From a virus, in IMG/VR virus record IMGVR_UViG_3300022188_000226, positions 1 through 64,000 of that record: a DNA stretch of 64,000 nucleotides; one strand, written 5' to 3'. The notes under the pieces were generated by a model. The model saw only the letters and a list, made by a program, of their open reading frames with translations, ran no database searches and had not been told where the DNA came from. Position numbers and translations under genes: made by a program. This document shows, in pieces, positions 20,717-32,745 of the stretch; positions within the stretch are counted from its first letter, which is position 1; the number at the start of each line of letters is the position of its first letter.

Positions 20717-23700
20717 TCTTCTAAATCATGGTGGTAAAATAACCACAGCTAATAATTGCGTGCACGACTCAAATATAGGCTATGAGGTAGATTTATCTAA
20801 TAATGGTGATGTAGACGAGTGGTTATACTATGATGGTATTCATACATATGGTTGTTGGAATAATTATTTGTTTGGTACATTGTATGATGATCATGTCGTT
20901 ATAGGTAGATATGACCCTTTTCGTCCTGTGGAAGCAGAAGATTACTATTTTGTAAAGATAGTTATGAAACTTGTTTTAAAGGAAAGAGTAAGTTCACGAG
21001 CATACCCATCTAATGGTAGAATTATGTGGAGAACTTTAAGTGATCCTATATGGTCGGATAACAAACAGTATGATTTTGAACTGTATAATGATGAGGAGTG
21101 GCATACTTATTACTTAAATATGGGTGAGGTCCAATGGTGGCAAGGAGATATCAATGACTTAAGAATCTATCCAATATTGGAAAATGGTATAGCTGGTGAT
21201 GACTTTTATATTAGAACAATAGAGATTTTATCAGTTAATACTTATAAGTGTTTAAATTATAGTTGTAGTTATTTTTCTCAATATGAACATAATTGTCCTG
21301 GTATTGGTGAACGAGGTTATTGTAAATCAAAGGATTTGGATGCATTAGTTAGAGAAGGGACTAGATTTGAGTTTGCTGGAGATATACTCTATACAATAGA
21401 GGAGGGCGTAAATGATATTCTCTATGTAAACATTAATGAATATGGGTTTGAAAATATAATTCTCAGTCCTATGCAGAATGTTTCTGGTAAATCTTTGGTT
21501 ATTGCATTGACTAAGGAAATTTCCAAGCTAGATGTCGGTGGTTATGCAGAATGTGATGTAGATTACACTGATCGTGGAGCAATTATAATTTATGCTGGTA
21601 ACTATGTAGATGATAGTACAGTTCGTATAAATGATTCTCAATTGGCAAGGGAGTTACAGTTCAGAGATTATTATGGTAACGATGTTTCTGTGAAGCATGT
21701 AGGTAGAAATCCTGCTACTGGATTTAGGCCTCTTTCTTCTTTTAAGATTAAGACTCACCAAATCTATGGTTTATTAGACACAAGCACAGGTTCCGATTTT
21801 TATTTTAATCCTTTTATACCCAGTGTTGAAGGTGGTCGAAGGGATTGGCTGGCTACTGGTTTAGGAGAACCATCTAAAGATGTTAGGGGGTCTAGTACAG
21901 ACGATTCAGGTATTCTGAGTAGATCATATGACTATGTAGAAAATAATAACAAAACTATTATAGATTTTAATCACCCATTCAATGCTAGTGGAAGAATTAC
22001 TAAAATATATGCTGGAGTAACGTTGGATAATGTTGGGGGTAGTTTCCAGAATCGTGGAACTTTTGATTTAAAAAGAATAGTGCACCAAATGTCTGATGCT
22101 AAAATAATGTTTTTTAGACCTCTTAAGAACGGAAATTTTAGAGTATTACCGATGGAAATTCCTATAAATAACAGAGACCGTGATTTAGGTAATATATACT
22201 CTGCTACTCAGGAGTATGTAGAGCTGGATTGTGATGTATTTATTAATAAAGGGGATCTTATAGGTGTTTATAACGCCAACGTTTACAGAAGTAAGTCAAT
22301 TTCTGGGAGTGAGATTGATGCTCTTTACTACCAGGTAACAGGTAAAGCTGCTGGTAATATATCTGTACGTCAACCTCATGGTAACGGGCAATCTGGTTTA
22401 TTATTGTATGCTAGAGGAGATTTTCAACAAAATCGTTTGGTTTTGGATATAGATTTAGGTAAAAGAGTTAATATAAAAAATATTTATACTAAAGGTGTTG
22501 CTGTAGAAGAACGTTTGGAATATAATATAGCCAGATGTTTGGATGTAAATTGGAGTGTAGATTTGTTTGATGAAGATCATACAACAGGCTATATACACAT
22601 CACTGACCCTTTAATACTACGTTATTTTAATCATCCTAATATTTATTATGGTAAGGAATGTTTGACAGACGGTATAAAAACTGTTCCAGATGGATTGGCT
22701 GCAGATGGGTTTTCAATAATTGGGGGAAATCATTATAACTCACTTTCGGGTGCTATGCATAAAAAGGATGGTGGTACTAATGTAATTTTGTCCGGACCAA
22801 AATATTTTTCAGTTAATGGTGATTGTGAGTGGGTAGGAGTATATCTTCATGCTGGTAAAATAAGTCCATTTTCTGGTAGGGATTTTAGTAGTGACCCAAT
22901 AGCTTTAACTTTACATTTTCCATATCAAGTGGAAAAGTTGATGCATAAATCTCGTATTTACTTTAAGGAAAGATTTAATTTTAGAAGTTTTGCTGTATCT
23001 CATTATAGGGGGGAGTTTTATACAAACGGGACTGCAGATGATGTAAGATATGATTTACTTCCATGTAGAAGTCAATCAGATTTACCTGAAGGTGTAGAGC
23101 CTACTCCATGGCAGCAGATATCGTTGGATGGGTTAGTATATTCTCCAGAATTTTTAGAAAGATGGGATAAACTAAATTTATATTTAGCACAGAACCCTTC
23201 CATAGGTCATTCTATAACTGAAAGTACTGGTGTTTTAGAGAATAATTATGATAGTGATTTTGCTTATTGGGATAAGGAGGGCGGTCTTCAGTATTATGAG
23301 ACTGGTATAATTATAAATAATAAGCAGTTTGAGCAGGCTACTCGACTAGACTGGACTATTATTGAGCATGAATGGACTCCAATAAGAACTAAAGGTTATA
23401 GACTCTATTGTGATTTTCATGAGTCTACTAAAATATGTGAGTTTGAGATATTTTGTTTTGTAGAGAATATACGGTCTAGTATGGAAGGTACTGTAAATAT
23501 AGATTATTCAGCTTATGAAGAAAATTGGTGGACTGGTCAAAATTTTACAGAAATTGATGGTATTCGTACATTTATAGGGGATACTCCACAGTATGCACGT
23601 ATTACTATAACCCCTATTACTGAAATAAAGTTTTCAGATATTGTTTTGGAAGTTAGTTATGAAGATGTTTATATGGGAGAAAAGGGTTGTCAACATATGG

Positions 23701-26700
23701 TTTTACCGGTTGATGTGCAACGTGGTAAAACTAGTATTTCCCAGAAAATTGATTTTAAGAATATATATGGTTTGCCATACGATCTGTATGTAGACGTGGA
23801 AAGTAATTCTATAGTAAATGATGGGGTTATATTTTATAGTATTTTGAATAACGAAGAGTCTATTGATAATCCAGTAATCGGTCCAGATGCTTATTATAGA
23901 AAACACAGTGATTACAGAATAGCTAATGATAATAAGAATGTTGCTATAAATTGTCCAGTGTATGCACTTAAAAACTTATTAGACGGAGCTGATGCTTGGT
24001 ACTCACATGACAGAGAATACTCGTGGAAGTATTGGGGTAAGATTACTGAAGGTAATAATCTTAATTTCAGTAACTTGCCTAATTCGGCAATAACTACAAT
24101 TAATGTACCAGTATTTACTAGAAGTAAGTGGTGGAAAATAGGGTTTTTTGACCCACGTATAGTAATGACTGTAAGAGAGGTACATGTATTTTATCGGGAT
24201 GAAGAAATACCTGATGTTACTTTTTATCATCACAAGAATCAGAACGTTATAACTGGTGCAAATACAGATATTGCACCGCATTTACAAGATGGGATAGTTG
24301 ATGGGAGTTATTACATATTAAAAGGGGACAACTATATAGGTTTTGAACTTCCAGAGGTGCAGGAGGTTGATCGAATAGTATTATATCATGATTTTAAAAA
24401 TGACTATGAAAATAGTCATGATATTGCTGGAATAGACGTTGATACTAGCCTGTGTATACATGGTGAAGGAGATCATTATCAAACAGATTCTATTGTTGAC
24501 GAAAGTTATTACGAGCACACCATTCAAGTAGTCGGTAGTGGTATATACACAGATGAAAGGTATACTGATATATATTATGATTTTACACAAGATTTTTCAG
24601 ACTGTGTGAACACAGTAGAACTATTTGACGGTCCTGATATAGATACTAGTAGATGGACAGATTTAGTTGGTGCAAGTATAGAGAGTGGTGAACTCAATAT
24701 TACTAATTCTGGTGTTGTCGGCGAAGTAACCACTGTGCCATATTACTATGGAGATTTTGATGTTACTGTAGACTTGAGTATTGATGGTGAATTTGAAGAT
24801 AATCCTGGTTGGGGTTGTTGTTTGGAAGCAAGGACAGACGATAATAGATATATTAGAGTTGAACGTAGTTACATGTTTTTACATGGTCAAGGTGTTTTTG
24901 GTTATGTAAACTCACTTTTAGGTACAGATTTAATGGGATATGCACAAACTGATGTCGAAGTGGGAATACAACTTAGACTGTGTAGAACTGATGAGGGAAC
25001 ATCTGCTTATGCAATTGTAGACGGTTTTCAACATTTTTTAGGGGATACTACGGTTTTGGGTACAGATGCTATAAAATTTAGGCTTTTGTCAAATCTTTCA
25101 CCGTTAGCCATGAGTGTAACTGTTGGTAAATTTGATAATTTTACTATAGATAATTCAGACGCAGATTGGGGGGTAAACCCCGATTATAGTTCTTCATTTA
25201 CTTGTACAAGTGGCTTACCCACATCAGTTTCGGGTGGGTGGGGGTACTATTATAATGTAGGTACAGGAAATTTTGCTTCCGGTGCTGGTTATAAAATTCC
25301 AAGAATAAATGAAGTTCAAGCATATCCTATGGATCAAGATTTTGAATTTACATTTAAATTTATGTTTCAAGGTGAATCTTTTATGGATTATCTTGATAAT
25401 TCAAGTGATTCTTATGGAGTATCAGTCGGTTTACTTGGGTATAAGGTTCAATGGCCTTCAGGCAAGCGTAGGTTGAAGCCTTATTTTACAGGAGTACAAG
25501 TAGTGTTACGAAGGGATAATATAGGTATAGCTACACAGAATACATATTGTCAAAGTTCTTCTTCGTATACAGCACTCAATACGGGGGGCTGCCCTTACTA
25601 TTGTAAGTTTACTGGTAATGGGGAAGGTCAGTATGTCTTGGCTGTATGGACAGATAATTATGACGGTGTTGATATTGTAGCAACAACTACTCTGAATACT
25701 ACACTTACATGGGAAGCCGATAAAGTCGGTGTTGGTTCAGGTTATTATAAAGATTATTATTTTGATAGGGTTGGTAGATGTAAGGGTTGGGTAGCAGATT
25801 TTGATTTTACTTGTCATAAAAAGTCTTTACATCAAAAATTTGGTTCTGCAATAAAATTTAGTAATTTTCCAGGTGAACACTTATGTGTAAAGTATGAAAA
25901 CAGTTCTTTGTGTAACATAACTAAAGAGGGGTTTGCTTTCGATACTAAAAGGTTTACTATAGATTTTCATATAAAATTCAATTCATTACCGACTGTTACA
26001 GGTGATTACGTTTGGCTAATTGGTTCTTGGCACAAAGATCAGCTATTAAGCGGTATTGTGTTTCCACTAACTCCTTCTTCTTGGATTTTATACTTACAGA
26101 AGGTGTCTAGTGGTTATAAGTTAAAATTTAAAGTTAATTGTGATGAATATGTGACCAGTATATTTGATAAATCGTGGTCACCAGATTTACATAGATGGTA
26201 TCATATTATGTTGGTAAGGGGGCCTTCTAGTTTGACTAATGTAGATTATTGTGTGATGATTAAAGATGGTCATGGGATTTCTTGGCATGATGATACTTGG
26301 GGAGATAATATAAGTTGGTCTGGTACAGATGTTACTATCGGAAAAGGTTTAGATGGCTGGCTTGAGGAAATAAGGGTATCTGCAGATTATGAAAAAGGTG
26401 GGGGTAGGGTGGATAGTTTAGGTTCTTATTATGAATATCATCTTAAAACTGTACCAACTAAAAGGTATGAACGTTATTACACTATATCTCTTTATGATAG
26501 TTCAGATAATGTATATTACGGAAAGAACATGGATGTAGATGTTATGTTTGATAATACATACAGTTACCACGAGCTCTTTAGCACTTGGAGTGAGTCATAT
26601 TATACGGTTTTTGCAGTAGATTTTGGTCAACGACACTACCTTGATATAGTTAGAAGTTTTCCGGTAGATAGTTCTTATCAGTTCACTAAGACCTCTAATA

Positions 26701-29700
26701 TACTATATTCTAATAAAGATACGGTAGATCCAGTAGAGGCTTTTTCTCTTACAGAGGAAGAACAGGAATTAAGTACAGGGTTTAACGGGCAGAATCATAA
26801 TTATCCTCATAATTTTATAAGTTATGATACAACAAAAGCTACTTCTTACATTATAGATGATACTTTTTATCAGATGGTTAATCCTAATGTTGGTCAAGAA
26901 TACGCTAGAGCTGATTTCAAACCATACTTTAAAGGGAATTTTGATGTACAGATAGATTTTGATTTGGGTGCCGATAGTCCTTCTGGAGGAGGTACATGGC
27001 AATTACAATTACAGTTTGAAGTTATAGATAATTCTAATTTTGCAGTTATGGTAGAGAGGTCTTTTAGAGATAATTCGGATCAGTATGCTTTTTGGGTTAA
27101 GGACAATAACAGTTCATGGGCCAAGAAGTCCATTGCTTATTACCAACATCAACGAGGTTCTTTACGGTTAATTAGAGAAAACCAGATTTTTAAAGCATAT
27201 TATAAAGAGAAAAATGCTACTAAATGGTCAGACTTAGGGTTTTGGCAGATGAGAAATACTTTCAACCCTGAAACTACTCTTAAGTTATATACAATTAGTG
27301 ATGCTCCTTTATACCCTAAAATAGAAAATTGGTGGGATAATTTTATTGTCAATTTTGGAGAGCCTTTGTATAGTACTTACACAGATACAAGATGGGCTAA
27401 AATAAAGATGTTGAATGGTGATGGGGTATCTCGTATTATAAAGAATGCGGGGTTTTATCCTAGTATATACGAGCAGAATAATGAAATAGGGCAGTATAAT
27501 TGTATTTGGGAATCATTGGGCACGGCTATTACAAGTTATGCAGGTGACGATAATCTAGCTTTAGGAGTTACTTGTTCTGGGTCATCTTATGTTGGTGTAA
27601 TGACTCCAGATAAGGCAGTTAATGGCGTAACAACAGAAGGGGATTTTAGTCAATGTTGGGGTTCAGAGGAAGAAAGTACCCCTTGGATTACACTGCATTT
27701 AACTGAGTTAGAGCAAATATATAGGATTAGAATACATCACGGATATGAAGATAAGAATACACTTAATATAATTTTTGATTATAAAGTTCAAGTTTCTACA
27801 GATAATGAAACTTTTACGACTATATTTAATATAGAATCTAATACGATGTCCATAAGGACTCATGATTTGATTTATCCTGTTTGGGCTAAGCAGATAAGAA
27901 TATATGTAACTAATTACAGGGCTATTAATCGATATGTTTGGACGGGGGAAGAAAGAGGTTTTCAGTTCTGGAAGGGGGCAATTCTTAGAGAAATTGAGGT
28001 GTATAAATATTATGGGTTTACAGTTATAAATAGTGAAGATACCCCAGTAATTGCTATAGACCTGAAACAACAGTTTTTTATAGAAGGGCATTCTCTTATA
28101 GGTATTGACGCACATCAAAATGGAGACGGTAGTTATAGTGCATGCTGGAGTAATAATAGTAGTAATTTTACATATTGTAATAGTGACTTATCAGATCCAA
28201 AAAAAGTTGAATTTCGTCCTTGGGGTAGTACTCCTAAATATGATAAGTGGGTGGCTATAAAGAGGAATACGGCTTCAAAGTACCCAGAAACTTCTCCAGA
28301 TATACCTGATTACTTAAAGCATGTTATTATTAAAGGAGCTGAAGATGAGGATGGTACAGCACCTAATCCTTTTGAATATCCATGGTTTTGGGAATCTACT
28401 GTCAGCCAGTTAAGCTATGATTATAGTATGTTAGCCTCTAATCCATCCGGTGGTTTTGGGCATTCTCTTTCTAGATCTTTAAAAATAGAATATCCAGCAA
28501 CTACAGAAGCAGAGCATATATATTTTATTGAAGGTGACGTGTTTGGAAAGGATGAGGTGTGTTCTTGTAGAGATGGTTTTGGATTCCATATATGGATTGA
28601 TGACATAAATAATATAGACTATGATTTTGGTTATATCTATTTTGGAGGGTTTGATTACACTACGGAACGAAATTCGGTTGTTCATAGTTGGAACTGGTCT
28701 ACTATCAGTGGTACGCTACAAAATGGATGGAATAATCTAAACCTTACGTTTTTGTATGCAGATGAAATATCTTATACAGAGTTGTCTAATACGTATGGTG
28801 ATGATTCTAGAAGACTTTGGACAATTGATTGGGGAAAAATAGGTCTTGTGTTTAGAGGTAAGGGTAATCCAATTACAATGTGTATTGATGGTAGTTATAT
28901 AGAAAGAAATCATTTTGAACATGGGTGTTTCCAAGACTATGGGCTGTATTTGCATGCTAATGATATTATGAAAATCCAGGTTGGGGCAATGGATTTTCAT
29001 TCTGGTACTATAGAGTTTTTTATTAGGCCAGATTGGGACTGGGATGGTAGGGATGCATATGGCGAATTTAAGTATAGAACTTTATTTCATTTAGGAAATG
29101 TCGCAAATGATATGTTGGGGGCTGCTATAGGCCCACGAGGAATTGAAGTTTATTATGGGAATTTATTAAGTGATTTGCATATGTTTGGTGTAACAGGAAT
29201 GAATACTAAGGTTATAGACACTGTTACACATTTAGCGTTTGTGTTTTCTAATGACGGGTCCGGTATAGCCTCAGACAATAGCACAATTAGAGTGTATATT
29301 AATAATTATCTAGTGGCCAAAGAAACTAAACCCTGGAAAGTAAGTGACGATAAACATTTTAACTTTATTTTCGGTGGACAGGGGGTATTGGTTGTTAAAT
29401 CTAAAGGATACTCTCCAGTGAGTTCTGCAGTTGACGGTGTACTTAGTCGTTTAAGAATTCATAATTACTGTAAGACTGATTTTTCAGATTCGTTGGGAAA
29501 TAGCGAATCTCTAAATGATAGATATTTAGATGACCCCAGCCAATTTGTAGAAATTTCTAAAGATAATGTAACCTTTCATAAGGTAGGAAGTGTCGAGTTA
29601 CCATTTTTCTATGAAGAGGTTTCTAACGGAGAATCAATACCTGTATGGGTTCGTTTTAATCTTCCTAAGCATCTTTCAGGAGTAGAGAAAAGAACAGCTA

Positions 29701-29732
29701 AGATTTTAGGTAACTGGGATATAGGAGTTTAG
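20706..29732 (+). CDS. Giant (3008 aa) multidomain tail/adhesin-like protein with discoidin (F5/8C) and LamG/ConA domains
   Basis: DNLALG...DKAVNG...WGS...WITLHL...VQVSTDNETF...LREIEVY (F5/8C); FTIDFHIKF...WYHIMLVR...DGWLEEIRVS and GTIEFFIRPDW (LamG). Confidence 0.75.
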   Translation: MSYNLLNHGGKITTANNCVHDSNIGYEVDLSNNGDVDEWLYYDGIHTYGCWNNYLFGTLYDDHVVIGRYDPFRPVEAEDYYFVKIVMKLVLKERVSSRAYPSNGRIMWRTLSDPIWSDNKQYDFELYNDEEWHTYYLNMGEVQWWQGDINDLRIYPILENGIAGDDFYIRTIEILSVNTYKCLNYSCSYFSQYEHNCPGIGERGYCKSKDLDALVREGTRFEFAGDILYTIEEGVNDILYVNINEYGFENIILSPMQNVSGKSLVIALTKEISKLDVGGYAECDVDYTDRGAIIIYAGNYVDDSTVRINDSQLARELQFRDYYGNDVSVKHVGRNPATGFRPLSSFKIKTHQIYGLLDTSTGSDFYFNPFIPSVEGGRRDWLATGLGEPSKDVRGSSTDDSGILSRSYDYVENNNKTIIDFNHPFNASGRITKIYAGVTLDNVGGSFQNRGTFDLKRIVHQMSDAKIMFFRPLKNGNFRVLPMEIPINNRDRDLGNIYSATQEYVELDCDVFINKGDLIGVYNANVYRSKSISGSEIDALYYQVTGKAAGNISVRQPHGNGQSGLLLYARGDFQQNRLVLDIDLGKRVNIKNIYTKGVAVEERLEYNIARCLDVNWSVDLFDEDHTTGYIHITDPLILRYFNHPNIYYGKECLTDGIKTVPDGLAADGFSIIGGNHYNSLSGAMHKKDGGTNVILSGPKYFSVNGDCEWVGVYLHAGKISPFSGRDFSSDPIALTLHFPYQVEKLMHKSRIYFKERFNFRSFAVSHYRGEFYTNGTADDVRYDLLPCRSQSDLPEGVEPTPWQQISLDGLVYSPEFLERWDKLNLYLAQNPSIGHSITESTGVLENNYDSDFAYWDKEGGLQYYETGIIINNKQFEQATRLDWTIIEHEWTPIRTKGYRLYCDFHESTKICEFEIFCFVENIRSSMEGTVNIDYSAYEENWWTGQNFTEIDGIRTFIGDTPQYARITITPITEIKFSDIVLEVSYEDVYMGEKGCQHMVLPVDVQRGKTSISQKIDFKNIYGLPYDLYVDVESNSIVNDGVIFYSILNNEESIDNPVIGPDAYYRKHSDYRIANDNKNVAINCPVYALKNLLDGADAWYSHDREYSWKYWGKITEGNNLNFSNLPNSAITTINVPVFTRSKWWKIGFFDPRIVMTVREVHVFYRDEEIPDVTFYHHKNQNVITGANTDIAPHLQDGIVDGSYYILKGDNYIGFELPEVQEVDRIVLYHDFKNDYENSHDIAGIDVDTSLCIHGEGDHYQTDSIVDESYYEHTIQVVGSGIYTDERYTDIYYDFTQDFSDCVNTVELFDGPDIDTSRWTDLVGASIESGELNITNSGVVGEVTTVPYYYGDFDVTVDLSIDGEFEDNPGWGCCLEARTDDNRYIRVERSYMFLHGQGVFGYVNSLLGTDLMGYAQTDVEVGIQLRLCRTDEGTSAYAIVDGFQHFLGDTTVLGTDAIKFRLLSNLSPLAMSVTVGKFDNFTIDNSDADWGVNPDYSSSFTCTSGLPTSVSGGWGYYYNVGTGNFASGAGYKIPRINEVQAYPMDQDFEFTFKFMFQGESFMDYLDNSSDSYGVSVGLLGYKVQWPSGKRRLKPYFTGVQVVLRRDNIGIATQNTYCQSSSSYTALNTGGCPYYCKFTGNGEGQYVLAVWTDNYDGVDIVATTTLNTTLTWEADKVGVGSGYYKDYYFDRVGRCKGWVADFDFTCHKKSLHQKFGSAIKFSNFPGEHLCVKYENSSLCNITKEGFAFDTKRFTIDFHIKFNSLPTVTGDYVWLIGSWHKDQLLSGIVFPLTPSSWILYLQKVSSGYKLKFKVNCDEYVTSIFDKSWSPDLHRWYHIMLVRGPSSLTNVDYCVMIKDGHGISWHDDTWGDNISWSGTDVTIGKGLDGWLEEIRVSADYEKGGGRVDSLGSYYEYHLKTVPTKRYERYYTISLYDSSDNVYYGKNMDVDVMFDNTYSYHELFSTWSESYYTVFAVDFGQRHYLDIVRSFPVDSSYQFTKTSNILYSNKDTVDPVEAFSLTEEEQELSTGFNGQNHNYPHNFISYDTTKATSYIIDDTFYQMVNPNVGQEYARADFKPYFKGNFDVQIDFDLGADSPSGGGTWQLQLQFEVIDNSNFAVMVERSFRDNSDQYAFWVKDNNSSWAKKSIAYYQHQRGSLRLIRENQIFKAYYKEKNATKWSDLGFWQMRNTFNPETTLKLYTISDAPLYPKIENWWDNFIVNFGEPLYSTYTDTRWAKIKMLNGDGVSRIIKNAGFYPSIYEQNNEIGQYNCIWESLGTAITSYAGDDNLALGVTCSGSSYVGVMTPDKAVNGVTTEGDFSQCWGSEEESTPWITLHLTELEQIYRIRIHHGYEDKNTLNIIFDYKVQVSTDNETFTTIFNIESNTMSIRTHDLIYPVWAKQIRIYVTNYRAINRYVWTGEERGFQFWKGAILREIEVYKYYGFTVINSEDTPVIAIDLKQQFFIEGHSLIGIDAHQNGDGSYSACWSNNSSNFTYCNSDLSDPKKVEFRPWGSTPKYDKWVAIKRNTASKYPETSPDIPDYLKHVIIKGAEDEDGTAPNPFEYPWFWESTVSQLSYDYSMLASNPSGGFGHSLSRSLKIEYPATTEAEHIYFIEGDVFGKDEVCSCRDGFGFHIWIDDINNIDYDFGYIYFGGFDYTTERNSVVHSWNWSTISGTLQNGWNNLNLTFLYADEISYTELSNTYGDDSRRLWTIDWGKIGLVFRGKGNPITMCIDGSYIERNHFEHGCFQDYGLYLHANDIMKIQVGAMDFHSGTIEFFIRPDWDWDGRDAYGEFKYRTLFHLGNVANDMLGAAIGPRGIEVYYGNLLSDLHMFGVTGMNTKVIDTVTHLAFVFSNDGSGIASDNSTIRVYINNYLVAKETKPWKVSDDKHFNFIFGGQGVLVVKSKGYSPVSSAVDGVLSRLRIHNYCKTDFSDSLGNSESLNDRYLDDPSQFVEISKDNVTFHKVGSVELPFFYEEVSNGESIPVWVRFNLPKHLSGVEKRTAKILGNWDIGV

Positions 29733-29733
29733 T

Positions 29734-32700
29734 ATGGAATATAATCTTTTGTCTGGGGCTATATGCACTGTTAATTTAACAGAAGGTAATGTTGATATGC
29801 CTTGGAACTCTTTACGAGATATTGTTGAGTATAAGGGTGTATCCACGTTTGAGCTTAATGAGAATGACACGCTTGTTCTTGATTTTGATCTAGGCAAACG
29901 TATTAATATTGATCGTGTAGAATATGAGTTTGAAACGCCTTACGTAGAATCATTCGCTGTTGCTTCGGGAATAAAGTTTTCCTGCAAAAATGAGTCATTT
30001 GATACTGAATATGTATCGCTTGTTACTTTCATATCTACAGAAGACAATAAATATTGTGCTACAGTTTCAGGTATATGGGCTCCTCGTTATATAAGAGCAG
30101 AACATAATATGTCTGCTACTTATGGCGTAACCACGATTACTGGTTTAGCTTGTGGTTTTCAAGTCGTGAATAATGAGGATGTGGTTAATTTTGGTGAAAC
30201 AGGAGAACTAGACCAAGTTAGTGTAGAGGTTGCTAGAGGCGGTTATACTGATATTAAATCTATACCTATATTTAATAGTGGTGCTAAACTTGCAGATGCT
30301 TTAATTAATATTGAGCCTACTTTTACAGGGCTAGATGATGTTATTTCTGTGTCTAATAGTCCAAATGGTCCGTGGGCATATCCACTAGATTCTGATATAA
30401 ATGTATTTAAATATGATACTTTTAGTTATGGTAAGTATACAACAACTCAATCTCCTTATAGTAATATACAAATTACTTGTTGGGAAGATAGAAATGGGAA
30501 TTCTACTTCTAAATACGAATCTGGTACCTATTTGACACGTATATTTCGTGATGATTCTAATGATGGTATGCGTTTAGTTATAGATAGGATTACACCACAG
30601 GTGGGCAGGATAGCTGTAGATAGAGACGATATAACAGAAACTATAGAAGTACGTTCTACTAATACACCACCCAAAGATTATGCTGTATTCAGAGAATTGT
30701 ACTCTTGGGGCACATCAACTATATATTATGGATATAGAGATAGGTGGTCTTTAACTAATGAACTGAAAAAAGAGTCTAACAATTCGATTTTTACGACTAG
30801 TGGGTATAACACATTAGATCGTTATCAGATAATCCAAGATTCTGATACTGAAAGGTGGGTAGGTTGGGCTACGACGTACGGTACGAGTTATCGAGCTAAA
30901 GCAGAACTAATGTTATTTAATGTATCTGGTAGTATAGAAAAAACTAAAAGACTATGTTACCAGTCCGCTAATGGTGCTTATAAAATAAATGTTTCTTGGC
31001 AAGAAATAAAACTTGATTGTGAGGGGGGTATATGGGTTTACCTTTTTTGTCAGGGGTATTCTTCTAGTTATTGGGTAAATAAGACAGGGTATTATTTAGC
31101 ACATTTTGACAATGATTTAAATGAGACATTCAAATGGTTTAACCAATCAAAGCAAATACAAGATTTGGACGTTGATTATGCATTTTTTAGTGTATGGTAT
31201 ACTAGACCCGAGTTTAACACTATATATAAGTTAGCTGTTAATGGTGCTACTTTAGTGAATTATGTTAATGCTTCCGGAGGAATAACACATGATTTACAGG
31301 GTATAGCCGTATTACCTAATCAACAGGGTATATGGTTTGGTAATGATGGAAGTTTGCATAGATTGTCAGATAGTGGTTTGTTGTTGTCTGAGTTTACTAT
31401 AGAAGGTGTTGCTGGTGGTCATATTAACGGTATAGCTTTGGATGGTGATGGCAGTGAACGATTATGGATACTTGATGGGTCTACATTAGGTTTGTTTTGG
31501 ATTACCGGTAGTAAGAAAGGTACGTATGACTTTCGGGTAACTTTGAATTATCCACTTAAGTTGGAGGCAACTAGGGCTGGTTGTTGGGTATATTGTATTG
31601 ATTTAGAGTTTCCAGGTAAAACGTATATAAAATTTATTTCCAAAGAAAATAGACGAGAAGAATCCTCGTATAGTCCTGTAGGTGCATCGAGACCTGGACC
31701 TTTAGAGCTAACTTATGAGCATTCTACTTATATAGAAAAATTACCTTTAAGTATAGACGAACATTGGTCATGGTTAGAATGGAAAAAGGTCGCTATAGAA
31801 GGATATTTATCCCCAGAAGACCGTTATTACCAAGCTTTAATAACCCTTAGAAGACAAGAACCTGTGGATAAGTATGATTTTGTAACAGATATAGATAAAA
31901 ATTATTTTACAAGAGATCAATTTAATCAAGATGATTCTAAACCAGATGAGTTATTGTGGTCTGATTGGAGAGATAAGGACATAGATGATGGATTAAGTAG
32001 GGTGTATGTAGATACTACTAACAAAGAGCTTATAATGGTGCCTGACTGGAGCGGTACAAAAAATTCGTATATAAAAACCTCTAGTAGGGTTGTTACAGCT
32101 AAAAACAGTAATAATAAAATAGAGGTTAGAGTTAGTTACAGGTTCGGTGAGGGTAATACTGGTTTAGCAACCGGTCGAAATGAATATCTCTATCTTTATG
32201 GGTATGCTATGGATGAAAATAAGGATGGTAATTGTATAGGTGCTCGCTTATATATACCATCAGATCCAAGTACTGTCCAGTGTGAATGTAGTGCAAAGGT
32301 TAGTTCGTATAGTACTGGTGGGTGGTATACTAATTTTTTGGGGTATGGTCAGTATGATTACTATGAAGGAACATTGAGGATATATGCTGATACCTCTGTT
32401 AGTCTTCGTGGTCAAGTGGCGAAGGGTACAAGTACCTCATTTGTTGGAGGTACTAGTTACTACTGGGAGAGTAACGGGACTCGTTGGTATTGGGAAATAG
32501 TTACAAATAAAAACAGTAGTATTGTAGCAATAACAGACTTTTGGATACGTCAAGGAGATAACTATTTTTATATAGAAGGTCCGAAAATTACTTCTATGGA
32601 CACACAGGAGTTAGTCAAGGTTGCGGGAATATACCCTAATTCATACAAGAACGCATACTTGAAAACAAAGGCCCCTAATGACGCTGAACTAAATTCTAAT

Positions 32701-32745
32701 TATGAAACAGACCTTAAAGTTAGATGGAGGACACCTGTTTACTAA
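29734..32745 (+). CDS. Structural protein with probable beta-propeller
   Basis: Repeated blade-like strings DLDVD..SVWY, GIAVLP..GIWFG, GIALDGD..RLWILD; N-terminal DFDLGKRINIDRV discoidin-like segment. Confidence 0.65.
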   Translation: MEYNLLSGAICTVNLTEGNVDMPWNSLRDIVEYKGVSTFELNENDTLVLDFDLGKRINIDRVEYEFETPYVESFAVASGIKFSCKNESFDTEYVSLVTFISTEDNKYCATVSGIWAPRYIRAEHNMSATYGVTTITGLACGFQVVNNEDVVNFGETGELDQVSVEVARGGYTDIKSIPIFNSGAKLADALINIEPTFTGLDDVISVSNSPNGPWAYPLDSDINVFKYDTFSYGKYTTTQSPYSNIQITCWEDRNGNSTSKYESGTYLTRIFRDDSNDGMRLVIDRITPQVGRIAVDRDDITETIEVRSTNTPPKDYAVFRELYSWGTSTIYYGYRDRWSLTNELKKESNNSIFTTSGYNTLDRYQIIQDSDTERWVGWATTYGTSYRAKAELMLFNVSGSIEKTKRLCYQSANGAYKINVSWQEIKLDCEGGIWVYLFCQGYSSSYWVNKTGYYLAHFDNDLNETFKWFNQSKQIQDLDVDYAFFSVWYTRPEFNTIYKLAVNGATLVNYVNASGGITHDLQGIAVLPNQQGIWFGNDGSLHRLSDSGLLLSEFTIEGVAGGHINGIALDGDGSERLWILDGSTLGLFWITGSKKGTYDFRVTLNYPLKLEATRAGCWVYCIDLEFPGKTYIKFISKENRREESSYSPVGASRPGPLELTYEHSTYIEKLPLSIDEHWSWLEWKKVAIEGYLSPEDRYYQALITLRRQEPVDKYDFVTDIDKNYFTRDQFNQDDSKPDELLWSDWRDKDIDDGLSRVYVDTTNKELIMVPDWSGTKNSYIKTSSRVVTAKNSNNKIEVRVSYRFGEGNTGLATGRNEYLYLYGYAMDENKDGNCIGARLYIPSDPSTVQCECSAKVSSYSTGGWYTNFLGYGQYDYYEGTLRIYADTSVSLRGQVAKGTSTSFVGGTSYYWESNGTRWYWEIVTNKNSSIVAITDFWIRQGDNYFYIEGPKITSMDTQELVKVAGIYPNSYKNAYLKTKAPNDAELNSNYETDLKVRWRTPVY